Virus record (IMG/VR): IMGVR_UViG_3300003322_000628
Location: 259-64,258 of that record
Strand: one strand, 5' to 3'
Length of the DNA stretch: 64,000 nt
Source of the DNA: a virus
Lineage: Duplodnaviria; Caudoviricetes
The notes beneath the pieces are model-generated. The model saw nothing but the letters and a program-made list of their open reading frames with translations, ran no database searches and was not told the DNA's origin. Made by a program: the position numbers and the translations under genes. Position 1 is the first letter of the stretch; every line of letters starts with the position of its first letter. Positions 46,534 through 56,937 of this stretch are shown here, piece after piece.

Positions 46534-48395
46534 AGCTGCCTTGGCTTGAAGTAGGGTTTTGGACGCTGCTGGATTTCAAATTCCATCAGCATGTTCTTGT
46601 AATTGCCTTTTGCTCTATTCGCTACAGAAGGCTGTTCGTCATACTCGCCGTAATACTGCAAAGCTCTCCACATCACCATATCTACGAATTCACTAGTCAT
46701 GCCCTTAGGTACATCTGTAGCATTGACAAGTTCCTGCGCTTCTCTACTGTATTGAAACTGTAGAGTGTAAGGACGATCGGGGGGCGGGAACAGTCTCCAT
46801 CTGCCGACATTATCCTCTGTGATTAGACGAGGAAGGCCGGGCTGTAGAGATGGAAAATCGTAGACGTTCTGAAAGCTAGACCATGCAATATACTGCACAG
46901 GCAAGTCACTTACAGGAGCTGGGTCTTCGTGCCTAGTAATCTTGAATGTGGTGTTATTTACTTCTCGAATAGAGCCGGGAATAAAATCTCCACCATCATC
47001 CATCTCTTCGTCCCAATTAAAGCTCTTCCAGCTGTGCACATAGTTTTGGTATGGATAGGGCTGTTCATATTCAAATGAGAAGGTAGCCAGCACAGTGTCA
47101 GTAAACGTATTGTACAAGCCTAGAGAGATAGCATAATTGGTGTCGAACGAGGTGCCATCATATCCGCTTGTTGTGTAGAAAATAGCGCCGGGGTAATTAG
47201 CTTGGCACACAGGTGCCGTGGCGAATAGCAAGCTAGACCACAGAGTGAAGCACATCTGAGAAGTTTGCTCAACGCCGTTTACCAACACCTTATAAGATAC
47301 CCCTGTCTCTGCATTTAGAGAAATATTGAGTATACCACTAGTGCCTGTCAAATCGGGGAACATCTCATCCACGGTAGCACTGATTGGAGAGATGATGTTT
47401 TTTACATTTCCTGCCTTGGTGGTCGAATAGTACGCCCAATCCAAGCTATCACCCAGATGCACATTATCTGCAATGCCTATCGTAGATGTAAAATTGACTT
47501 TGTAGTTGATTGGTGACACCGCAGCAGTAAGAATAAACTGGTTGCCAATGTCATCAAAGCGCAGTGCTCCATCTATAGTTTTTGTGCCAGCTGAAGTTGC
47601 TACGTCAAAACTAACGGCCACATTAAAAGCTGCTCCAGAAGCTGCTGCGTACGCCATTAGCGTATCAAACATGTCTCCTGATGCCTGTTTATAAGAAAGC
47701 TGAAGAGTTACAAAAGTGCCATCTACGACTTTACTGTCGATACGTCCACTAGTAAATGTATATGTGTTTGTTACAGAATGAGCTACATCTTCTACAGTGA
47801 CAGAATCTACACCATCTCCTACTTCCATAAAAGAAGCCGCTGTGTATGCGTTTGCACTGTTGAACACAGCCATCAGGCGTACGCGTCCGTCGTTCTGTCG
47901 CGTTAGGCGCTCTCCACCAGCCTTAAGACCAAAGTCTAGAACGTGAGTGCTACCGACGTCATAGTCGGAATACCTCACATCCATATAGCCTAGGTAAGAA
48001 GGAAGCTGCCCCGTAGTAATTCCCTGAGTTGATAGGGCTGGCAAGCTCTGCACGCCATCTACTGTAAGGCCGGTAATTACAGTGTCTCCATTGACGTCTA
48101 TAATTTCAGCAGGATTAATGGCAGCGGTACCTGAGCTAATTGGCTGGTGCGTGTAAAACATGATGCCGGGATTAATTGTTACAACCGCCTGACTCTGCAT
48201 CCATTCCCAATCATAACATTCCTGCTGGATGGTGCGCCAAGCTCTAGCCACCCACTTTTTAAACCGATTCATCATCGGGTCAGTGGCCGTAGTAAAATCA
48301 CTACCATCAACAGCAAAAGAGGCGAGGTCTTCCCCCGCCTCATCTATTGCGTTATTTACCAGTTGTAGGTAGGTAGTCGTTGTTTGAGTTGCCAT
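46527..48395 (-). CDS. head-tail adaptor with large insertion
   Basis: TYLQLVN...WV..AW..IQ...W.WM; FPPPDRPYTL...VMWRAL..Y..YDE. Confidence 0.7.
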   Translation of the reverse strand: MATQTTTTYLQLVNNAIDEAGEDLASFAVDGSDFTTATDPMMNRFKKWVARAWRTIQQECYDWEWMQSQAVVTINPGIMFYTHQPISSGTAAINPAEIIDVNGDTVITGLTVDGVQSLPALSTQGITTGQLPSYLGYMDVRYSDYDVGSTHVLDFGLKAGGERLTRQNDGRVRLMAVFNSANAYTAASFMEVGDGVDSVTVEDVAHSVTNTYTFTSGRIDSKVVDGTFVTLQLSYKQASGDMFDTLMAYAAASGAAFNVAVSFDVATSAGTKTIDGALRFDDIGNQFILTAAVSPINYKVNFTSTIGIADNVHLGDSLDWAYYSTTKAGNVKNIISPISATVDEMFPDLTGTSGILNISLNAETGVSYKVLVNGVEQTSQMCFTLWSSLLFATAPVCQANYPGAIFYTTSGYDGTSFDTNYAISLGLYNTFTDTVLATFSFEYEQPYPYQNYVHSWKSFNWDEEMDDGGDFIPGSIREVNNTTFKITRHEDPAPVSDLPVQYIAWSSFQNVYDFPSLQPGLPRLITEDNVGRWRLFPPPDRPYTLQFQYSREAQELVNATDVPKGMTSEFVDMVMWRALQYYGEYDEQPSVANRAKGNYKNMLMEFEIQQRPKPYFKPRQLW

Positions 48396-48414
48396 GCAAC
48401 TGGTTTCCTTTAGG

Positions 48415-49020
48415 TTAATTGCCTGAAATTGCCTTAGCTAGGTAGGCCTGCTGACGAGCCTCTTTGATATCGCTATCCTTAGGCCAGAAGCCATACTTCT
48501 CACTAAATTCTCGCTTGGCAGCGAGCTTCTTTTCACGCACTGTCTCCATGCCGGGGCGAGGATCAGGACCATCCGTACGCATTAGTTCTGTGTACACATA
48601 GCTCTGAGTTTCTCGATCCACGCGATGGATATCTGCTCCTTCACCCTCATTCTCTGGTCGGCTCTCAATAGCATCCTGAAGCACACCAACTACCTTGATT
48701 GGCACATCCACCTGAACATTCCAAGGGATGTAAATCTCATAGCCGTTAAGGCTTAGATACACCGGGATATTGCCCTGACCAGCCTGAGGCATGAGTCGAA
48801 TTCGTGCCCAACCGGGCTCTGGTCGATTGTCGCCCTTAGCAATCTGGGCAAACTCGCCCTTGCTCATATGTGCTACAATCTGATCGATAATGTCTTCTTT
48901 GGTCCATTCCCGCAGAAGCTTAATACCATACTGCTTACTAGCTGCCTGTCGCAGCTCTGGCATTGTCATCTCTTCGAGCTTATCCCGAATGAGACGCGCT
49001 GCCTGACTATTAATTGACAT
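48415..49020 (-). CDS. conserved virion-operon protein with Rho-N-like helix pair
   Basis: LEEMTMPELRQAAS; LNGY..YIP...VDVP..VV.VL.DA. Confidence 0.65.
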   Translation of the reverse strand: MSINSQAARLIRDKLEEMTMPELRQAASKQYGIKLLREWTKEDIIDQIVAHMSKGEFAQIAKGDNRPEPGWARIRLMPQAGQGNIPVYLSLNGYEIYIPWNVQVDVPIKVVGVLQDAIESRPENEGEGADIHRVDRETQSYVYTELMRTDGPDPRPGMETVREKKLAAKREFSEKYGFWPKDSDIKEARQQAYLAKAISGN

Positions 49021-49045
49021 TGTGGGTCCTCTTCTTCGCAGCTAA

Positions 49046-49066
49046 GGGGCTGCATTGCACAGCCCC
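49046..49066 (-). terminator. hairpin after capsid genes
   Basis: GGGGCTG-N7-CAGCCCC; weak U-tract. Confidence 0.4.
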
Positions 49067-49104
49067 CGCCGTTGATGATTGTTGACGCCTATATGCTTTT
49101 CAGC

Positions 49105-49689
49105 TTATGGAGCGTTGCCGCCGTAGTTGTCGACGACTGCTGGTGACGTAACCTTGCTACCCGCGAACGGATAGGTTGGATCAGTGACACCAGTGACATA
49201 GGTATTTGGATACGCATACTGATACTTGAATCGTAGAGTAGCGTTACGAATACCCGTGGTTGTAGCCGTGCCCGGACTACCCGTGAGGGTAAGGAACACG
49301 TCCTGCACAGTGGTCTGCACAGGGAAGGGAGTAACAGCAAAGCTGTCAATTGCAGTCGCTTCGCCATCGACGCGTGCTAGGTTCTTCTTGCCCGTTGTAT
49401 TGGTCTGAAGGACTGTTGCTGACGCGAGGAGGCAGGCGTCTGAGGCAGTGATGCCCAGCTTGCCATCAAGGTCTGCAGTGGCATTTGAATCGAATGCATC
49501 CATAATCAGTTCAAACTGATTTACAATTACATTCTCGCCAATCTTGCAGAAGTAAAGCTTATCGCCGCTGGCTAGAGCTACGCCATCAGGGATTGAAACG
49601 GTGCAGGTGATTTCCTCTGCATCGTTCTCGCCATCAGGACGAACTCGGCCATTCTTTAGGTAAACGGCAGACTTGTAAGTGTTAGCCAT
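49105..49689 (-). CDS. capsid decoration/cement protein
   Basis: directly after MCP, beta-rich, AAGGAG RBS. Confidence 0.6.
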   Translation of the reverse strand: MANTYKSAVYLKNGRVRPDGENDAEEITCTVSIPDGVALASGDKLYFCKIGENVIVNQFELIMDAFDSNATADLDGKLGITASDACLLASATVLQTNTTGKKNLARVDGEATAIDSFAVTPFPVQTTVQDVFLTLTGSPGTATTTGIRNATLRFKYQYAYPNTYVTGVTDPTYPFAGSKVTSPAVVDNYGGNAP

Positions 49690-49700
49690 CTATGTTCTCC

Positions 49701-50708
49701 TTAGGAAACGTTGGTAGCTGCAACTTCAAGGCGCGTCATCCACAGCTCGTTCAAGCGCACTGCTTGGAAATAAATCTTCCAAGAGACAAAGCCACGCTGG
49801 CCGAGGGGATCGCCGGGCTCGCCCATCTTGGGATTCTTGACAGCCATTTCGACTGCGTTGACACCCTTGAGTGGGACGGTACCAAACGCTTCCTTACCAA
49901 AGATGACACAGGGATAGACGTCAGCTGAGGTGCCGGAAGTTGAACGCATCGTACCCGCAGTACCACCAGCGTCAGCGAAGTAGCCTAGCTGTGGCGAGAG
50001 AATTACGCGTACTTCGTTAACCTTACCGATTTCCCAGTCGGGATCGATTGGCTTGTAAGTACCATACTTCTCAACGGAGACGAAGCTTGGAAGTGCACGG
50101 AAGTCATATTCAAGGTCAGAGTGACTGACGAGAACATAACTCGAATTAACTGGTTCGGTTGCAATGCCGGGGCCGGCCGCAAGACGCTCAGTAATCTTCT
50201 TGGTGTGGTTGCGCTTGAGCTGGAGTACAGCCGCTGCGATGATATCCTCATCAATAGGAGTATTGACGCTTGAACGCTGGGTGCCATTGGCATACCAAAC
50301 GCTGGTGCCGCCACGAGCAATACCCCACATAACAGCCTCTTTAACGGCTGCAACCTGATCGGTTAGTGCGGTCATTGCGTCATCGAGAACGCGGTCTTCA
50401 TGCAGGTCTGCAATGACGTCCGTGATCTGAATCCAGCCGCCAAACTGTGCGATAACGGTTGTGACGTCATCATACACAAGCTGGCTAGCTGCTGGCGTAA
50501 CGCCTTCAGTTAGGTTGGTTGTAGACGCAACCAGAGGACGGATACGACGCCACTTAATGGTGCCGCCCTTATTCTTTGGGAGCGGTGTAACTAGAGCAAA
50601 CTTCTCCAGAACGAGAATGGGCTCAAGACGTGACAGCATCTTAGCAACAGCTACGATACCTACGCGAGGAGACACATCCCCATAGGAGACAAATGAGCCT
50701 TCGGCCAT
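49701..50708 (-). CDS. major capsid protein, N4-gp56 family
   Basis: YGDVSPRVG; LPKNKG.TIKWRR; LTEGVTP; DPLGQRG.VSWK...LNELWM.RLE. Confidence 0.92.
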   Translation of the reverse strand: MAEGSFVSYGDVSPRVGIVAVAKMLSRLEPILVLEKFALVTPLPKNKGGTIKWRRIRPLVASTTNLTEGVTPAASQLVYDDVTTVIAQFGGWIQITDVIADLHEDRVLDDAMTALTDQVAAVKEAVMWGIARGGTSVWYANGTQRSSVNTPIDEDIIAAAVLQLKRNHTKKITERLAAGPGIATEPVNSSYVLVSHSDLEYDFRALPSFVSVEKYGTYKPIDPDWEIGKVNEVRVILSPQLGYFADAGGTAGTMRSTSGTSADVYPCVIFGKEAFGTVPLKGVNAVEMAVKNPKMGEPGDPLGQRGFVSWKIYFQAVRLNELWMTRLEVAATNVS

Positions 50709-50729
50709 ATTAGTTCCTTAGTGTGTTGG

Positions 50730-51779
50730 TTACTTTTTCATGAGTTTTCGATACTCCTCTTCTAGAATCTTCTGGGCATCGTCCACGGTTAGTGGGCCGT
50801 TGCCTTTGCCCGGTACTGGGGCAATCGGAGGACCTGAAGTTGGAGTAGTCGCAGCCAATTTAGCTTTACGCTCTGCTTCAATTTTATCGGCAGCTGACGT
50901 ATCTACTGGCTGAGTAGCTGGAGCCGGCGGGTCTGGACGCTTTGCATAGCCCAAATTAATCATGTCGTTTGCATACGCCTGAAGAACCGCAATCGCGTCT
51001 GTAGCTTCCAAACTAGTTGTTGCCAAATAGCGGATGCCCGGGGAGGCGTGCTTTTCTAGCCAGTTGCTATATGCTTCCGACGTTACAACTTCCTGAACAT
51101 TTGGTACCATGCGAGTCAGTTCATTCCACTGATTCTCAGCATACTGCTGCTGCTGTCGCTCGTAGAGCGGATCAATAGCAGTCTTATGTAACTCCTGAAA
51201 CTTGTCCTCTACGGGACGTACAGCAGCCTCTACACGAGCCTGTACCATGCCTTCGATGGCCTTGGCTAACTCAGGGTCGCTCTTAATGATTTCCTTCCAG
51301 CCTTCAGGAGTAGATGGCTGGTCTGCCGGTGCGGGCGGCTTTGAGGCCGTCGGCGACGTTGTTATCTGGGAAAGCTTTCGTTGCGCAGCGAGAAGCTTTT
51401 CCTGCATTCCTCGGACACGGCCGTCATCGGATTTAACACGATGTTCTAGCTGTGCTCTTGCATTGATCTCTGCCTGTACCTTATCTCGGAGAGATTCGGG
51501 AACATCCTTAAGCCAATCATAAGGGTCAGGTTTAGCGGGAGCAGGCTCCGGCTTCTTTTCCTCTCCATTCTTTTCTGGCTCAGGTTGGGCTGGCTCTGGC
51601 GGAGCCGCCTCTTCTTCTTTCTTTTCCTCTACCGGAACCTGAGTAGGTTCGGGTGTGGGGTCTGGTGTAGGCGCTGCTGCTTCTAGAGCCGGGAGGGCCT
51701 CACCCTTGCTAATTGCCGTATAGGACTCTGCAAACATTTTCTCTGCTTCGTCCATGCTCACCACTGTGTTATCAGACAT
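50730..51779 (-). CDS. capsid scaffolding protein
   Basis: Pro/Glu-rich, coiled coil, SDDGRV; before MCP; ATG 51779 with GAGGA. Confidence 0.8.
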   Translation of the reverse strand: MSDNTVVSMDEAEKMFAESYTAISKGEALPALEAAAPTPDPTPEPTQVPVEEKKEEEAAPPEPAQPEPEKNGEEKKPEPAPAKPDPYDWLKDVPESLRDKVQAEINARAQLEHRVKSDDGRVRGMQEKLLAAQRKLSQITTSPTASKPPAPADQPSTPEGWKEIIKSDPELAKAIEGMVQARVEAAVRPVEDKFQELHKTAIDPLYERQQQQYAENQWNELTRMVPNVQEVVTSEAYSNWLEKHASPGIRYLATTSLEATDAIAVLQAYANDMINLGYAKRPDPPAPATQPVDTSAADKIEAERKAKLAATTPTSGPPIAPVPGKGNGPLTVDDAQKILEEEYRKLMKK

Positions 51780-51972
51780 TCTTTCCTCTATTTGCGGAGA
51801 CAATCTGTCCCGGCAGGCTTAGTATGGTTTTGAGTGCGGCAATCGCCCCTTGGGCTTGCAGCAGTTCTTTGTACGTCTTGTCCGTGGACGTACACACGCT
51901 TGTATAACGAGCTAGTGATTCCTTCACTTTTTCTTCGACGTACTTCCATGTATCGTCGTTGAAATTAACCAT
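51772..51972 (-). CDS. small head-assembly protein
   Basis: W......QG.IAALK.IL.LP between portal and scaffold. Confidence 0.65.
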   Translation of the reverse strand: MVNFNDDTWKYVEEKVKESLARYTSVCTSTDKTYKELLQAQGAIAALKTILSLPGQIVSANRGKNV

Positions 51973-54230
51973 TAGATTCCGGTTCCCTCTTGCTTCTTAA
52001 CTTGCAGTTCCTGTTCCGTAAGCTTCTGATCGCGGGTCTTTAGAGCCGCATCAACTCCGCCTAGGAAACGGGTGGTTTGGTCTTTCATCTGCTCGATGTT
52101 AATCTTTGAGACAAGCTGCTGTCGATGCTGTTCATCTTGTGAAGCAAGAACGGCCATCTGTGTCTGGAAATCAAACTGAGCCTTGATTACACTAGCATTG
52201 GCCTCTTTCTCTCTAACATCATCTGTTCTCAGCTGAGCTTGATATTGCATCACTGCTTCATCATGCTTCTGCTGGGCTTCGACGTCTAGACGCCTGTTCT
52301 CTAGTTCTACTCTGGCCTTATCTACCTGCACCTTTTCCATCGCAGCCTGTGCTTTTAGCAAGTTGGGATCAGGAGGAGGAGGTGGCCGCTGAGCACGCTC
52401 TCTGGCTAGTTCTTCTGGACTCTTAACTACCTGCTTGTATGGTAGGCGAGCGTCTGCCAGACGAAGCTGGTTCCACTCATCCATCTTAATCCATTCACCA
52501 ATGGGGCTGCCCTGAGCAATTTCCATTGACATCTTTTCAATCTTTTGCTGATTGAGGCTACTCTGTAGATTGGCCGTTGAAGTGCGAACGTCGACGTCGT
52601 ATGTGCCTTTAATCAAATCATTCTCGTTATACTGCATCTCCCAGTCTAGAAGCATCTGGATGATGGTACGAGTGATTTTATCGTCCCACTGCTCGCTCTT
52701 ATAGAAGAGCGGAGAGCTGGCATTCTGCTGCATAATAGCCATTCCGGTGGCGCTATCGCCTGCTCCAGAAGGACCATTTGGAAGCATGTCATTAACCCCA
52801 GACTCACTGTCGGCCAGCTGGTTGGCTAGTAGAAATACAGCCTGCAAACCCTCGTAGTTGTTGGGAGGAACGAAAAACTGAATTGCTTTACTGGTATCTG
52901 TACCGTATTCTTTAGCAACCCACACCTTGAATGGCGTACATTCAAGTCCACCTTCTACCTGCTGAATGAGCGTCGTATCGATGATAACCTGAGGACCAGC
53001 AGAGATGCCTGCGTTATCAAGCATCATGTGATAGGTTTCATTGATTACGCGCTGCTGATCCCTCACTTCCATCGGAATACCAAATCCGAAGATAGACGCT
53101 GGGTCCTGCAGCCAAGGTACAACCGCGTATGGGCAGCGATAGCAGCCCTCTAGATTGGAGAATTCAAAGCGAATAACGCGATGATTCACCACCCAGATTT
53201 CAGCCATAAATTCGTCTTCGCCATTATCGACGGCTGGAGTACGGCCAAGTATTTCTAAATCCGAACGCTTAACAGGGCCGTGATATTCCAGCACAAGATA
53301 GCGATCTTTCAGTAGATTGATGCCCTGTGTGAGATAGGCCGGATCATTAAACGGACTATTCATGTAGGGAGTTGGGGGCTCTTCCAGCGCAGGAGCAATC
53401 TGGTCTGCTAGGAAAGCTGGATTGTACATCAGCTCACGAAGCTCAGATTTGCTGAGAGGATGCACCTCAATGGTGTCCTCTGCTTTATCAATATCTGTTA
53501 CACTGTCGTCTGGGAAGAAATACCAAGGATCAACTCGGTAAACAGAAGGTGTCGAGATTGGAGCTAGCTTAGGAACACGAATGTACTTACCGTCTGAGGT
53601 TTGGCTACGTACATATGTCTTCTTAACCTTCGTGCTATTGGTTGGGCATTTAACAATGCCTGTACCAAGAATAGCCCAATCCTTAGCTGCCTTGCGTATT
53701 TCTACACCATAGTTGCTAAGTTCTAGATGGTTGGCCATTTCGGCTTCCATCTGCTCAATCTTCCACGTAGTGATTTCATCAGGAGCCATCTGCATCTGCA
53801 TTAGCTGCTGAATCTGGGCCATCTCTACTGGATCAAACTGTTCTGGGACCTGAGGAGGGCGCAAGTCCCAGTTTTTGTCGCCGGCTGCAAACTGATAGGC
53901 AAGGATTTGCGCTACAGCAGTTTCGCATTTGCGGCGAGTGATGTTAACTTCTGGGCGGTTGTTAGACGATTTTTGTGCGTCCGGTACGCCGAGAGGGTAT
54001 TCATTGGTTAGATAGTTGTAACTAGACAAACTACCAAGATAACGACGTAGAGCTTCTAGCCACTGACTCTCCTTAACCTTACGCGTAGAGAAACGCTGCG
54101 TTAGATGGGATTCGATTGTGCGTGCTAGATTGTCATACACCGTCTGCTTGGCTTTTTGCAGCTCTTCTGCAAGCTTTTGGGCCTGCTCGGTAAGCTGTGC
54201 AATATCCTCTTCAGATAGCTGTTTAGACAT
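51972..54230 (-). CDS. portal protein
   Basis: LGTGIVK, VDPWYFFPD, FGFGIP, MLDNA, ATGMAI; C-terminal barrel coil. Confidence 0.88.
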   Translation of the reverse strand: MSKQLSEEDIAQLTEQAQKLAEELQKAKQTVYDNLARTIESHLTQRFSTRKVKESQWLEALRRYLGSLSSYNYLTNEYPLGVPDAQKSSNNRPEVNITRRKCETAVAQILAYQFAAGDKNWDLRPPQVPEQFDPVEMAQIQQLMQMQMAPDEITTWKIEQMEAEMANHLELSNYGVEIRKAAKDWAILGTGIVKCPTNSTKVKKTYVRSQTSDGKYIRVPKLAPISTPSVYRVDPWYFFPDDSVTDIDKAEDTIEVHPLSKSELRELMYNPAFLADQIAPALEEPPTPYMNSPFNDPAYLTQGINLLKDRYLVLEYHGPVKRSDLEILGRTPAVDNGEDEFMAEIWVVNHRVIRFEFSNLEGCYRCPYAVVPWLQDPASIFGFGIPMEVRDQQRVINETYHMMLDNAGISAGPQVIIDTTLIQQVEGGLECTPFKVWVAKEYGTDTSKAIQFFVPPNNYEGLQAVFLLANQLADSESGVNDMLPNGPSGAGDSATGMAIMQQNASSPLFYKSEQWDDKITRTIIQMLLDWEMQYNENDLIKGTYDVDVRTSTANLQSSLNQQKIEKMSMEIAQGSPIGEWIKMDEWNQLRLADARLPYKQVVKSPEELARERAQRPPPPPDPNLLKAQAAMEKVQVDKARVELENRRLDVEAQQKHDEAVMQYQAQLRTDDVREKEANASVIKAQFDFQTQMAVLASQDEQHRQQLVSKINIEQMKDQTTRFLGGVDAALKTRDQKLTEQELQVKKQEGTGI

Positions 54231-55872
54231 TATACCGTCGTCCTGACTTAGTTGTTTGGCCTAGTCCGGGGATTCCGGTACTGCCGGCTGGAGTTGACTG
54301 GGCGTGCTTCATTGACATAACAAGATAGCGAAGAGCGTCCATTGCATGGTCGTCTTTCTTTACAATCTTGCCTTCTTCACGCCTGTAAAGGATGTATTCG
54401 TTCTGCAGTTTGCCTGTGGTGTGTGGGAAAAATTTCAATCTACCCTGCACCATCATAGAAGTTACTGTGGCAATACCTGTCTCTACCGCATTGTCGGCTT
54501 CAATTAGACGAAGACCTAGCTGGCGATATTTGCGCAGAGCTGTGTCGCCGTCTACAGACGACAATTTAGATGCAGGATCAATTGCTCCTACCATCCAATT
54601 CCCCGCAATCTGCTTAATTCTCGCAGCGTGTACTTCAGGAGGCTGGTGTTCCACATAGTGCACGTCGTAGATGTACAGGATTCCGCTATCTGGATCAATA
54701 GCGCCAAATACAGCTGCGGTGCGGTTCCAACCAACATCCATTCCATACACTTTTTTGTAGTAGGCTGGTATTTGAAACGTCTCATTAGGCCTAAGGAGAA
54801 TGTCCTTTAGTGGCAGTGGGTACACTGCACCGTCACCTAGAGCCGGAATACCCCTACTAACTACCTCTCTTAGCTGAGGAGGCGTGGATTCAAGAAGTTC
54901 CAGCTTTGTAGTTTCATCAAGCCAAGGAATATCATCCCAACTGATGCCTACACAACCTCTGTGTTTACCTCTTGCCTGCTTCTCAAACTTTTCTGTCTTG
55001 CTTAGAGGCTCAACTCCATCCTCCATTTCCATCAAAGCTACAGCTTTTTCGATACCTTCTACACGCTCTGTCCCTGCGAGCAAGTCGCAGTTTGCAAGGT
55101 AATCGGCCAAAAGACGCGTAAGGCCTTCCTTTGGCGTGATAGTGTGGAGCAGCCTGCCGCCCTCTCTACCATTTATTGGATTGTTATCAATCTTGGCAGT
55201 ACGAAGCAAGCACTCGTTGTAAATTAGTTCTGGTGCTGGCTCATCGAGCCACACGAAGTGGCGCTTTGTACCGAAGAAGCTATGTACTTCCTGCTTGTAA
55301 CTCTTAAAACTTATCGTTGACCACTTACCAGACTTATGTAACACCTGTACTGTGTCGTACGCTCCGGGCGTTCCCTGCAGTGCGGTCTTCTTACCGATGC
55401 AATCCTTTGGAATCATACCCGTGCCTTCGGCCCCGGGGGGTCCCATAAGAGCTCTTTGCACAGTATCGCGGGTGGTTTGGCCCGTTTTGCCGACAGCCCA
55501 GATATCTACCGGGCCATCAAACATAACTCCATCATACCACTCAGGGTATTGGCCAGTGGCTAGGATAGCGCAAATCACTGCCCCTAGTTCTGTTTTACCG
55601 GAACGGTTGGCTCCTAGAAGGAGCATCTCACGGTACTTAGCCGTACCATCCATGCACGCCTTGTGCTTGGGCAGGTGCTCAACGCTATAAGGCGTTCCCG
55701 GCTGGAAACGCTTCATAAAGCCAGAGAATTCTTCTCGTTTCTCAAGCTCTTCAATAAGCTCAACCAACTCCATAAGATCAGAGTGAGAAACAGACGTCTC
55801 TTTCGATTTTGAAATGAGGGACGCTACCTTAGCTTCTATCCCTGCTGTACTTATGTTAGTTGACTGAATCAT
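54223..55872 (-). CDS. terL: terminase large subunit
   Basis: GANRSGKT; WLDEP; GMDVGW; DDHAMDALRY. Confidence 0.93.
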   Translation of the reverse strand: MIQSTNISTAGIEAKVASLISKSKETSVSHSDLMELVELIEELEKREEFSGFMKRFQPGTPYSVEHLPKHKACMDGTAKYREMLLLGANRSGKTELGAVICAILATGQYPEWYDGVMFDGPVDIWAVGKTGQTTRDTVQRALMGPPGAEGTGMIPKDCIGKKTALQGTPGAYDTVQVLHKSGKWSTISFKSYKQEVHSFFGTKRHFVWLDEPAPELIYNECLLRTAKIDNNPINGREGGRLLHTITPKEGLTRLLADYLANCDLLAGTERVEGIEKAVALMEMEDGVEPLSKTEKFEKQARGKHRGCVGISWDDIPWLDETTKLELLESTPPQLREVVSRGIPALGDGAVYPLPLKDILLRPNETFQIPAYYKKVYGMDVGWNRTAAVFGAIDPDSGILYIYDVHYVEHQPPEVHAARIKQIAGNWMVGAIDPASKLSSVDGDTALRKYRQLGLRLIEADNAVETGIATVTSMMVQGRLKFFPHTTGKLQNEYILYRREEGKIVKKDDHAMDALRYLVMSMKHAQSTPAGSTGIPGLGQTTKSGRRYNV

Positions 55873-56374
55873 TAAGTAGGGTTGTCATCTGTAGTCGGTC
55901 TGGTACCTTCTTAACTTTGTTACCGAGTTCGGCAAGTTTGTTGAGAAGTTCATCTCGGGTGAGCTGCTGTACAGGCTTACCTTCTGTCTGTTCAGCCTTG
56001 TCACTCCAGCCATACTGATTGCGCATTACTGCCCACCAGTAGTTGAAGCCGCCGTTTGCTCCGCCCTGCACAGCCTTGCGTGCTACTTTCATCCACCACG
56101 CTTTAGCTGTTTGCCTACCAAACTGTACGAGCTGGGCAAACAATTCATCGTCTGCCACTCGTTTGTGAAATTCTTTAATCGGAAGCCTTAGGGCTGCTGC
56201 AACTTCCGTATCATCTGCACCCTGAGCGTACAAATCTCGCAGCTCATCCACCCAGTGCTTACCATTCTCAAGCCTCTGGCTCTCTTCCTTCCTCGGCCTG
56301 CCCCTCTTCTTCTGGGGAATCGAAGCCGTCTCGTCCGACTGTGGGCTCGTTGTTGAAGTAGCTTCCGTTTCCAT
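55856..56374 (-). CDS. terS: terminase small subunit
   Basis: HTH then AKAWW...MRNQYGWSDK; AT-hook KKRGRPRK; precedes terL. Confidence 0.75.
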   Translation of the reverse strand: METEATSTTSPQSDETASIPQKKRGRPRKEESQRLENGKHWVDELRDLYAQGADDTEVAAALRLPIKEFHKRVADDELFAQLVQFGRQTAKAWWMKVARKAVQGGANGGFNYWWAVMRNQYGWSDKAEQTEGKPVQQLTRDELLNKLAELGNKVKKVPDRLQMTTLLNDSVN

Positions 56375-56663
56375 CTGGCACCAAATAGTGTATGATTTCT
56401 TGTGACTTGCTAATTAGCTTAGCCAGCGGAGCCACATTAAACTGGCCATCGGCCGTGGGCTCTAGTCCAACCAAGAGAGGAACAATTTCCCCCGTATCCG
56501 GGTCCATGCCATCCATGTAAGCTAGCTGGCGCATTTCTGCTGCCTGATAGAACAGTCGGAGGACATTCCCCTTAAACTCTGTTATTTCATTTGTCAAAAC
56601 AAACAGAGGGATTTCCTGTTTCTTTGGCTTGCTGTATTGTTTACGCTTGGCTCGGTTTGCCAC
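56268..56663 (-). CDS. hypothetical protein
   Basis: GAGGA RBS + GTG; overlaps terS by 107 nt. Confidence 0.6.
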   Translation of the reverse strand: MANRAKRKQYSKPKKQEIPLFVLTNEITEFKGNVLRLFYQAAEMRQLAYMDGMDPDTGEIVPLLVGLEPTADGQFNVAPLAKLISKSQEIIHYLVPDGNGSYFNNEPTVGRDGFDSPEEEGQAEEGREPEA

Positions 56664-56673
56664 AATATCCTCG

Positions 56674-56928
56674 TTAGTATGTAGGAGCTGCTTTAATTTT
56701 TTCTAGGCTCCCTGACAACGTTAGATAGTCAGATGGTAGCCCGACAGAAACAGGACGACTGTTGTTCCAATCCTGTCCCCAAAGATTGTAGGCCTTGATG
56801 ACAAGGCCTTCTGTGTCGCCATACTGGCGTGTAGCGTAGTAGAGACGCTGTAGCATGCTTGCCAAACTATCGACTGGTCCAATACTGGTTAGCCAGCCCG
56901 GCTGTTCGCCCAATCCACTTGCGTCCAT
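56674..56928 (-). CDS. hypothetical protein
   Basis: TAAGGA RBS. Confidence 0.55.
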   Translation of the reverse strand: MDASGLGEQPGWLTSIGPVDSLASMLQRLYYATRQYGDTEGLVIKAYNLWGQDWNNSRPVSVGLPSDYLTLSGSLEKIKAAPTY

Positions 56929-56937
56929 ACTAGTTCC

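Noticed and set aside
32288-48395. Diversity-generating retroelement in the tail region
   Set aside because: No reverse transcriptase or template/variable repeat pair was seen.
56407-56420. Further palindrome copies (TTGCTAATTAGCTT here; GTGCTAGCCAGCAA at 61175)
   Set aside because: Two mismatches each, so they were not counted.
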